A stretch of DNA of 34,520 bases from Bdellovibrionota bacterium (GTDB taxonomy: Bacteria; Bdellovibrionota_C; UBA2361; JBGSMV01): contig JBGSMV010000065.1 of the NCBI GenBank assembly GCA_041739995.1, positions 1 to 34,520 on the forward strand. Reading direction: 5' to 3'. Positions within the stretch are counted from its first letter, which is position 1. The number at the start of each line of letters is the position of its first letter. The position numbers and the translations under genes were made by a program. Of the stretch, positions 27,420-34,520 are shown in pieces. Under the pieces are notes generated by a model, which saw only the letters and a program-made list of their open reading frames with translations, had not been told where the DNA came from and did not search any database.

Positions 27420-29239
27420 AGTCCTAACCCCAAAATAATATCAGAGACAGATCGCTTCCTTTCGAAGGGCATAGCCAGCGAATTGTGATACGAATGGCAC
27501 AGTACGCAATCGCTCGTTACCTTACCCACTTCTGGATGCTCCACATGGCAGCTTCTGCAGCTGTCAATTTTTGGTAAAAGTACATCTGTGGTACGCGTAG
27601 ACTGTCGAACTCCTGCATGACAGTCTTCGCATCCAACCTCTTCATGCGAACCATGCGAGAAGATCGAGGCCGGCATCCAACGCTCTGGAATCTGCGGTTC
27701 AAGGATCTTGAAACGTGACGTCGCGTTCTCTCGTATCTCCGCTTCAGAAATCTTCTTCTCTTCGACGGCATGACACAGGAAACAAGCGGTACGAGTAAAC
27801 AAAACGCGCTCAGAGCCTCGGCTTTCCTTTTCAACAAAGCTTCGCGAAAAATCATCTGCACTCTGCGCCTGTTGAACTGCCTCGATACTGGCCTTGCCAG
27901 GAATCCTGCCACCGCGTTGCTGAAACTCTCGCCGTATCGGAGAAACTTTTTCGCTACTCAATAGGAGCTTGGCGTACTCCGCATAGAGGAAGCGATACAC
28001 TACATTAGGGTCTCCGTGCGGAACCTCTACACGCGGAAGCCGCTCATCGAATTCGAGACTGTGGCACTCTTGGCAATGCTTTTCAAAGCTTATCCGCTCA
28101 ACTGTTCTAAAATCGTCATTGAGCCCGTGGCAGTAACCACAATCCAGGGTCTTTTGCCCCGTGCGGGTACGGAGGTCCTTCTCAAGATGCACTTTGTGAT
28201 TGAGTTTGATGTTGGAAACATCTTTAAGCTTGGCAGGGTCATCAAGGCGAACTCGCCTCGTCTTCTCTGCGGGAGCTCCAGGCAGTGTCACTCCAAAGAG
28301 AGACAATCCAGGACCTGGCGTTCCAGGAAGGGACTGAAGCGTCACCGAGAACTCAGGGTGATCGTCAAATCCAGTCACCACAGCCACCGACGCTTTCTCA
28401 TTCAAAGGCGCAAGCACACTATCAATTCGCGCATGACAATCAGTGCAAAGAGCAGACTGATGAACAATCAAGCCGTGCGCCTTTCCAATTGCGCCGCTAT
28501 CCCCGACGCTGCCGTGTGAGGACCCATTATGATCCATGTGACAAGTTGCGCAGGACGGCTCAACCCCATCACGCAATGCGGCGTGCGCGGTGAACGGCTT
28601 GGCATGATCGCTCATGGTATGACAGGCGAGGCACTTTTCATCGGAAATTCGTGAGAACTGACCTTCGTGACACGATTGGCAGTTATGCTCAATCATCTTG
28701 TGACTAGATTCAATCGGCCCGCTCGACCACGAAGCTCGGCGCTCAGTCAGCACTGGCAGCACGAAGTAGACAGCGAGTACTACGGCAACAATAGAAAGGT
28801 TCAACAACTGAAAGGAAGGAAGCTTTCTGGCAACGTGTAATTCTTGAACGTCACGACGAATCTTGGCGTCTAAATCGAGTGTCTCGCCCCGCTTTTGCCG
28901 AAAGAGCTCAATCACACCTTCAGTTGCGCGAACGGTGAACTGCACAGAGCCGAAACTAAGAACATCACCAAGCACAAGTTCATGCCGAGCAACCGGGCGC
29001 TTATTTACTAGCACCCCGCTTAGCGAAGCCTGGTCTTCAACGAAGACCCCCATGCCGCCTTGAGTCTCTCTCGGTCGAGAAATGATTTTAGCATGTACCA
29101 GCGAGACAGAAGAGTCGCTGAGCAAAATATCACAACCAGCACCACGCCCGATCGTCAGCTCGTCCTTGTCGTGATCATTCGATCGCACATCACAGGTGCC
29201 ATTCGGGCTGATATTTTCTACTGTGACGCGAAGTCTCAT
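27416..29239 (-). CDS. Membrane-anchored FHA domain + decaheme cytochrome c
   Basis: FHA motifs LTIGRG...D..L.D..VS..HA, one TM helix, then 10 CxxCH (CQSCH, CLACH, CATCH, CTDCH, CGYCH, CQECH, CFLCH, CEDCH, CRSCH, CVLCH). ATG at 29239 preferred. Confidence 0.85.
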   Translation of the reverse strand: MRLRVTVENISPNGTCDVRSNDHDKDELTIGRGAGCDILLSDSSVSLVHAKIISRPRETQGGMGVFVEDQASLSGVLVNKRPVARHELVLGDVLSFGSVQFTVRATEGVIELFRQKRGETLDLDAKIRRDVQELHVARKLPSFQLLNLSIVAVVLAVYFVLPVLTERRASWSSGPIESSHKMIEHNCQSCHEGQFSRISDEKCLACHTMSDHAKPFTAHAALRDGVEPSCATCHMDHNGSSHGSVGDSGAIGKAHGLIVHQSALCTDCHARIDSVLAPLNEKASVAVVTGFDDHPEFSVTLQSLPGTPGPGLSLFGVTLPGAPAEKTRRVRLDDPAKLKDVSNIKLNHKVHLEKDLRTRTGQKTLDCGYCHGLNDDFRTVERISFEKHCQECHSLEFDERLPRVEVPHGDPNVVYRFLYAEYAKLLLSSEKVSPIRREFQQRGGRIPGKASIEAVQQAQSADDFSRSFVEKESRGSERVLFTRTACFLCHAVEEKKISEAEIRENATSRFKILEPQIPERWMPASIFSHGSHEEVGCEDCHAGVRQSTRTTDVLLPKIDSCRSCHVEHPEVGKVTSDCVLCHSYHNSLAMPFERKRSVSDIILGLGL

Positions 29240-29243
29240 CCCA

Positions 29244-30110
29244 CTAGCCCCGATAGAAGAAAACGACAAAAATATGAATCAGCACTGCGACCATCAAGGC
29301 GCAAGAAACCGGCAAGTGAATATACAGCCACACTTTTAACTTGGTAAGCGTTTTGACTTCATGCTGCACTCGATTGATCAGCTCTCGCTTTCTATCAGCG
29401 CCTTGCACGAGTGAAATCCCGTCGGCGCTCTCTGCGTCCGGCAACTTCGCCAGCAACGTGGCGAGACTCTCAGGATCGAAATTTGCAGCCGAGTGCCCAA
29501 GCAACATTGACCAAAAGCGCGGTTTGAATTCACTCCCGCCAAGCTGCTGGTCGACGAAGCGTTTAACCTCCATTAGGTGGTCACTTTTCTGCGCAACTAA
29601 TGCACTAAGATTTTGTTCAGCGATGTGGATCTGTTGAACGATATCCTTAACGGTGCCACCCCCTCGATGCGACTGCACCTGAGAGGCGAGCGTTGCGTAG
29701 TAGAGCGCTCCCCAAATACCGCTCACCACCACAATCATCATCAACACGTACGCAATCGTGTGAATATTCCAGCCGAACTGAAACCCTGCGTGCAGCGGCA
29801 CGATTATGGAAAGCGCCACGCCCAACCACACATGCGCTGCGAGAGTGCCTTTAAGAGTTGTAGTCTGAGAGTGATAAGAACGCTTTCGGATGCCGTACCA
29901 CATTAGGTAGGCAATCCCCGCTGCCGCGATCCCACCCACGGTATAGCCGTAGAACGTTCCGCCATTTGGGACACCCAGAGGCTCGTCCAGCCAATACCAG
30001 ACGATCAATACGAGCGTGAGCAGGATGTTCGCCCACAACCAGCGATATCCTCTATAGCTAAAAAAAGTATCGTTATTCACGCGCTCTGCTACCACTAAAT
30101 TCAAATTCAT
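29244..30110 (-). CDS. Inner-membrane protein with two H-x13-H helices (ferric-reductase-like / di-heme b)
   Basis: About 5 TM segments. His pairs HVWLGVALSIIVPLH and HLPVSCALMVAVLIH. Confidence 0.7.
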   Translation of the reverse strand: MNLNLVVAERVNNDTFFSYRGYRWLWANILLTLVLIVWYWLDEPLGVPNGGTFYGYTVGGIAAAGIAYLMWYGIRKRSYHSQTTTLKGTLAAHVWLGVALSIIVPLHAGFQFGWNIHTIAYVLMMIVVVSGIWGALYYATLASQVQSHRGGGTVKDIVQQIHIAEQNLSALVAQKSDHLMEVKRFVDQQLGGSEFKPRFWSMLLGHSAANFDPESLATLLAKLPDAESADGISLVQGADRKRELINRVQHEVKTLTKLKVWLYIHLPVSCALMVAVLIHIFVVFFYRG

Positions 30111-30139
30111 CTGCCCTGCTCTAGGGGCACCTCACCCAC

Positions 30140-32491
30140 CTAGCGACCCTTCCGAGAAGTAATTTCCAATAACTGCCGTGGATTTACCCGCATTGCAGCT
30201 CCGGTTGGACAGGCACGCACACATGCCGGTCCACCTTTAAGATCTTCGCATTGATCACACTTGGCGGCCTTCGCGGGGCCCTCTTCCGCATCCTTCTTCG
30301 AAAGGCCTAGCAAGGACAGCAAGGAGAATCCCCCGTGGTCGGGATGGTCATGCACAAGCTGAATGACGCCGTAAGGGCAATTTCGCACGCAATTGCCGCA
30401 CCCAATGCAGGAGTCACGAATAATCACTTCGCCATCAGGCAGACGCGTAAGCGCGTCCGGGGGGCAGTCCAGCATGCAGAGAGGATTTTCACAGTGCCGA
30501 CAAGAAATCGGAATTTGAATATTGGCGAGGGACTTTCCGCCTTTGCGGTCTAATCGACTAAAGCCGCGATGCGTGGACTCGCATGCTTTCTCGCAGTTGT
30601 CGCAACCAATACATAAGTCAGAGTCAATCAGAAGAATATTGTCGGCGTCGGTTACCCCTTCAGCCATCATGAAATCAAGCAACTGACCAGTGGTCTCGGC
30701 GGTTTCGCTCACCACGTTCTCGACTTGGCGCGCTCGCACCAGTTCGTTGACGCGTTGACGCACGCGCGGATTTTCATCGAGAAGGTGCTGAAATGCGCTC
30801 TTGGTTAAGATAATCGTTTCACAACCCACTGCGGCGGTGACAGTCGCGCTGCGTGGTGCGTCCGCTTCTGAAAGAAGCGCCATTTCACCGACGATGCGCC
30901 CTGCCGGAACGTACGTTTGAGTTACATCGGCACCACGCCTATTGCGACGCGAAATTTTGACCGAGCCTTTTCGAATTACGTATAGAACATCGCCTACATC
31001 GCCTTCACGGAAGAGCACTTCACCCTTCTTGAAGTTTTTCATCTTGGCGTTCTTGATTAGCTCCCTAAGAAAGTCTGCGTCCGCTTCGGGGAAAACCTGC
31101 GTTTCAAGAGCACGAAGCATGAACACTTCGTCCAAGGCTCGCTTAAGTGAGGGCACGGAGTTGATCAACTTCAACAACTGCTTCCGAGGGGATTCAAGCA
31201 GCAATGCCTGTTTGGTGACACGAACGCGCGCCACGCGCCTACGTCCTGAAAGCAGTCCCATCTCGCCAAAGAAATTTCCCACATCTATCGGGATCTTTCG
31301 TTCCTCGCTGAGTTCGACGGCGACTTGACCGGAGACAATACTAAAAAAAGTATCGGTGTAGTCGTTTCGCTCAAACACCACACTTCCTGCGTCGAGCTGG
31401 TGGATAGTTGAGTCGATCACAAGTTCGCGAAACTGCGCGTCCGAAAGCTCTTTAAACAGAGGAAGCTGCGATCGAATATCGGCCAGGACCTTCTTGGGAT
31501 CGCCTTCGATATCTTTTAATTTCTCAGCAATAAGCACCTGATCGGCAGGCTCTACTTCATTTCCAAGAATGTGCTCTATGACCTCGTATCCTTGGTTGAT
31601 GGCGTGCTTGATAAGGGGGTATCCAATCAGGGCACCAAGAACGAAAAGCCCTGGAACGCTCGATTCGTAGCGCCCGTTGACCACGGGAACCGCCGTTGGG
31701 TCTTTGCTAGAAAACTCTATGCCACATTTCTCGAGAAACCCGCGCGGCAAAATTCCGCCTAGGCGCGCAATGATGTGGTTACATTTTAGTGCGACTTCGC
31801 CTTCGGCGGTTTCAATATGGACTGTCTCTGCTTCAACACGGGACATTTCAGAGTTAATGAAATGCCTAATCTTGCCGGCGCGAATGGCCTCCATGATCTT
31901 TGCGCCGTTTGCTTCCTTGGCTCGAGGAAACTCCGCACCTCTGTTGAGGAGCGACACGGTATTTTTTTCACAGAGAGCGAGCGCATTTTCAATTGCGGCA
32001 TCACCCGCGCCGACCACCAGCACGTCCTTGCCAACGAAGGCTGCCGGATCAGAAAGCGTATAGGTCACGTGCGGGAGATCTTCTCCGGGCACTCCTAATT
32101 TTCGGGGGGTTCCTTGTACTCCGATCGCTAATACTACGTTCTTGGCGGTAACCTCTCCATCGGAGCAGCTGATCTTGAATCCGCCTTCAATACGTTCAAT
32201 GGCCTTAACTTCGGCCTTACGAACATTTGCCCCAAGGCTGGTTATCGCTTGAGTCCACCCCTCAAGGATTTCTTCCCGGCTGCCTTGTTCAAACGGGATG
32301 TGGGCACGCAGTGGAAGCTTGGCTGGTTCGGCCATTACCAACTTCCCCAGCTGGTAATCAAATATGGTGTTTCCTAGCTCCTTACGTTCGATAAGAACGT
32401 GTGAAGTCTTGTGGTGCGCCGCATTGGAAGCGGCTCCAAGTCCTGCGGGGCCGGCCCCGATAATTGCAACCTCATGCTCAACCGCGCTCAT
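30140..32491 (-). CDS. FAD/NAD(P)H oxidoreductase (TrxB/YpdA-like) + 2 cNMP-binding domains + four-cluster [4Fe-4S] ferredoxin
   Basis: IIGAGPAG and VVGAGDAA followed by NRG. cNMP cassettes FGEMGLL...R.A.V and VGEMALL....PRSATV. Sixteen Cys in CIGCDNCEKAC, CRHCENPLCMLDC, CIGCGNCVRNC and CDQC-x8-CVRAC. Confidence 0.88.
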   Translation of the reverse strand: MSAVEHEVAIIGAGPAGLGAASNAAHHKTSHVLIERKELGNTIFDYQLGKLVMAEPAKLPLRAHIPFEQGSREEILEGWTQAITSLGANVRKAEVKAIERIEGGFKISCSDGEVTAKNVVLAIGVQGTPRKLGVPGEDLPHVTYTLSDPAAFVGKDVLVVGAGDAAIENALALCEKNTVSLLNRGAEFPRAKEANGAKIMEAIRAGKIRHFINSEMSRVEAETVHIETAEGEVALKCNHIIARLGGILPRGFLEKCGIEFSSKDPTAVPVVNGRYESSVPGLFVLGALIGYPLIKHAINQGYEVIEHILGNEVEPADQVLIAEKLKDIEGDPKKVLADIRSQLPLFKELSDAQFRELVIDSTIHQLDAGSVVFERNDYTDTFFSIVSGQVAVELSEERKIPIDVGNFFGEMGLLSGRRRVARVRVTKQALLLESPRKQLLKLINSVPSLKRALDEVFMLRALETQVFPEADADFLRELIKNAKMKNFKKGEVLFREGDVGDVLYVIRKGSVKISRRNRRGADVTQTYVPAGRIVGEMALLSEADAPRSATVTAAVGCETIILTKSAFQHLLDENPRVRQRVNELVRARQVENVVSETAETTGQLLDFMMAEGVTDADNILLIDSDLCIGCDNCEKACESTHRGFSRLDRKGGKSLANIQIPISCRHCENPLCMLDCPPDALTRLPDGEVIIRDSCIGCGNCVRNCPYGVIQLVHDHPDHGGFSLLSLLGLSKKDAEEGPAKAAKCDQCEDLKGGPACVRACPTGAAMRVNPRQLLEITSRKGR

Positions 32492-32699
32492 TCACTCTCT
32501 CGAAGTTCGAATTTTGAAGTGCCCGAGGCAGTCTCCACGCGCCAAACTGCCCAACAGCGGTTCAACCGACAAAGCTGCTTAGAAAATTGAATTGCTTTCG
32601 GGCCGTACTAGACCATAGAATCTGCCACCCCTCAAGAATTTGATGTGGGGATTCATTAACTTGAGAGGCGGGATGAGGCCAAGCACCAGGCATGACTAT

Positions 32700-32735
32700 T
32701 TTCAAGAGACAATCAGGTTTCAAGAGACAATCAGG
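32700..32735. repeat. 18-bp perfect tandem repeat TTTCAAGAGACAATCAGG x2 in the divergent promoter region
   Basis: Copies at 32700-32717 and 32718-32735. Related T(C/T)AAGAGA cores at 32805 and 32817. Confidence 0.8.
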
Positions 32736-32912
32736 CGCTCGGAGTCGCGGGCGACGGGTGACCCAAAAGTCAGTGGCCCGGCACTCATCCGCGGCGCTAT
32801 GACTTTAAGAGAGGCCTCAAGAGAATTGTTCTCAGAGAACCCAATCTCGACTGTTCTACTCAAGTATGCGAGCTCCTTTCTTGGCCTGACGCGGACTAGA
32901 GGATTCTTCAGC

Positions 32913-34271
32913 ATGAATGCCATGACCTCCTCAATTTTTTCTAGCCGGTCATCACCCCTCCAGCTGCTGTTTCTCTGTGGGTGCTTTCAACTTGCCACCG
33001 TGATGTTGAGCTGCGGGACCGTCACTGCTGAAGCCGGCGTTGCGCATAGCTCGGGAGCCAAGGTAATGGGAGTTGCGTCTTGTGCTTCTTCTAACTGCCA
33101 TGGCGCCGTAGCGCCCCGAGATGCGACCTCTATTTTGCAGAATGAGTACACGACGTGGACCAAGCATGACTCTCATGCCAAGGCCTATCTTTCACTCTTG
33201 AATGAAGACTCCAGAAGAATAGCTGAGCATCTCGGAATTGAGCGTGCCGAGAACGCCCCTCTTTGTCTTGCCTGCCATGCGACTTATGTCGCTGATGAAG
33301 GTTTGCGTGGAGAGAAGTTCCGACTTGAGGATGGTGTTGGCTGTGAGTCCTGTCATGGGGCTTCTGAGAAGTATCTTGGCCCTCACACAGAGGAGGGATC
33401 CACTCATGCGAGAAATCTATCTCAAGGAATGGCCGATCTTGTCTCCTCGGAAAAGCGTGCGGAGTTCTGTCTTGGTTGTCACTTAGGCAATGATGAGAAG
33501 TACGTCGATCACAAGCTGATTGGTGCGGGGCATCCGCGACTGACGTTTGAACTTGATACCTTTACCGCGTTGCAGCCGGTACACTGGGATGTGGATGAGG
33601 ATTATATCACGCGTAAAGAGGACTATGTCCCTGCTCGTGCATGGCTTGTCGGTCAGATTGAGCGTGCCGATGCGATGTTAGACACGATCTCGTCGGAGGC
33701 TCGTAGTCGTGCAGGCAGTGGTCCGCTTGCCGGTCCTGAGTTGACCCTACTTTATTGCTACACCTGTCATCATAGTCTCACTGAGGATCAGTGGCAAAAG
33801 CGTGCCTATGGTGGAAAGGCTGGCGAACTGCGCTTGAATCTTTCGTCTTTTGAAATTGTTGGTCGTGCGATGACCAATATGAATGCAGCGCTGGCGGCTA
33901 AGTTAGTGTCACGCGTTGAAGCGCTGCATAGCGCTGCTGATACCGCAGCTGCGGTTAAGGCACTGCGCGAAGCTTTGTCAGAGGCGCGAAAAATCGCATC
34001 GAGTCAGAAGTATTCACGCGGCAGTCTCGACGATTTACTGAGCGCGCTAGCGTCTTTCGGTGCCGCTTCAGCGGAGTCTCTCGAGTATCCAACATTTGAG
34101 GTTGCTGAGCAGATTGCGATGGGAATTTCCAGTGTAGCTAGCAGCATTGAGCCCGATGGATCTCTCCACAAGCGAGAGATCGATCAGATCTACAGCGCAC
34201 TGAACGAGCCCGAGTCCTTCCAACCCGAGCTCTTCGTCACCGCCTGCTCCCAACTCCTCCACCAGCTCTAA
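32913..34271 (+). CDS. Exported cytochrome c554-like multiheme protein (4 CxxCH + 1 Cx4CH) with helical C-domain
   Basis: G..SCASSNCHG, W.KHD.HAKAY, CLACH, DGVGCESCHG, CLGCH, GAGHPRL.FE and CYTCHH. ATG at 32913 preferred (GAGG upstream, gives a signal peptide) over the TTG at 32640. Confidence 0.82.
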   Translation: MNAMTSSIFSSRSSPLQLLFLCGCFQLATVMLSCGTVTAEAGVAHSSGAKVMGVASCASSNCHGAVAPRDATSILQNEYTTWTKHDSHAKAYLSLLNEDSRRIAEHLGIERAENAPLCLACHATYVADEGLRGEKFRLEDGVGCESCHGASEKYLGPHTEEGSTHARNLSQGMADLVSSEKRAEFCLGCHLGNDEKYVDHKLIGAGHPRLTFELDTFTALQPVHWDVDEDYITRKEDYVPARAWLVGQIERADAMLDTISSEARSRAGSGPLAGPELTLLYCYTCHHSLTEDQWQKRAYGGKAGELRLNLSSFEIVGRAMTNMNAALAAKLVSRVEALHSAADTAAAVKALREALSEARKIASSQKYSRGSLDDLLSALASFGAASAESLEYPTFEVAEQIAMGISSVASSIEPDGSLHKREIDQIYSALNEPESFQPELFVTACSQLLHQL

Positions 34272-34281
34272 TAAGGCACAG

Positions 34282-34374
34282 CTCTAAAAGGTACCACCTT
34301 CCTCCTGTAAACCCCCGCCCCCTGAGCAGGCGCCCTCCTCTAAAAGGAAGCCCTCTAAAAGGTAGCACCTTCCT
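34282..34374. repeat. Cluster of CTCTAAAAGG repeats with two AAAAGGTA(C/G)CACCTTCCT elements (REP-like)
   Basis: CTCTAAAAGG at 34282, 34338 and 34353, the last two 15 bp apart. Elements at 34286-34303 and 34357-34374 differ at 1 of 18 positions. Confidence 0.7.
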
Positions 34375-34520
34375 GTGGAGAAACTTCTTGAGCGAAATGC
34401 CGAGAATGGGGTCATGCCGAAGCCACTTCGTGACACCGACCCATCGCTCTATCGTCTAATCACCATTAGAACGCTAGATGCTCGCCTATGGATGATTCCG
34501 TCCAGAAACATGGAGAAGCT

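Noticed and set aside
19640..29239. Calling the decahemes MtrA/MtrC and the barrel MtrB
   Set aside because: Heme count matches, but motif spacing, size and fused FHA/LVIVD domains do not.
32640..32912. 91-codon N-terminal extension of the c554-like ORF (TTG start)
   Set aside because: It translates the 18-bp repeat (FQETIR x2) and would bury the signal peptide. The ATG at 32913 fits better.
34263..34374. Possible CRISPR array from the CTCTAAAAGG repeats
   Set aside because: Repeats are only 10-18 bp, spacing is irregular and no cas genes are in the window.

Overview
Gene-dense bacterial chromosomal window, about 52-55% GC by eye. The PutA type and secreted Cys-rich proteins suggest a diderm of the Bdellovibrionota/deltaproteobacteria-like group (inference only). 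The left half encodes a BON lipoprotein, a DUF1826-like protein, a PutA split into separate PRODH and P5CDH genes, several large secreted proteins, a divergent glutamate-racemase homologue, a GlpD-like oxidoreductase plus Crp pair, and a collagen-like protein. It also carries an ECF sigma factor whose anti-sigma is fused to a CpaB/RcpC (SAF) domain, followed by a second cpaB. Three matching sigmaE-type promoters (GAACTT-N16-TC[T/A]) are visible. The right half (19640-34271) is the most striking part: a seven-gene redox cluster. It encodes a FAD/NAD(P)H + two cNMP + four [4Fe-4S] protein, a di-heme-b-type membrane protein, an FHA-decaheme cytochrome, a tandem GlcG/HbpS lipoprotein, an outer-membrane beta-barrel, a decaheme-LVIVD propeller protein and a divergent c554-like cytochrome (about 25 heme c sites in total). 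Together these look like a signal-gated electron conduit across the envelope. Short tandem duplications (12-18 bp, often 15 bp) and a dispersed palindromic AAAAGGTAGCA..TTCCT element occur between genes. No rRNA, tRNA, CRISPR or transposase was recognised.
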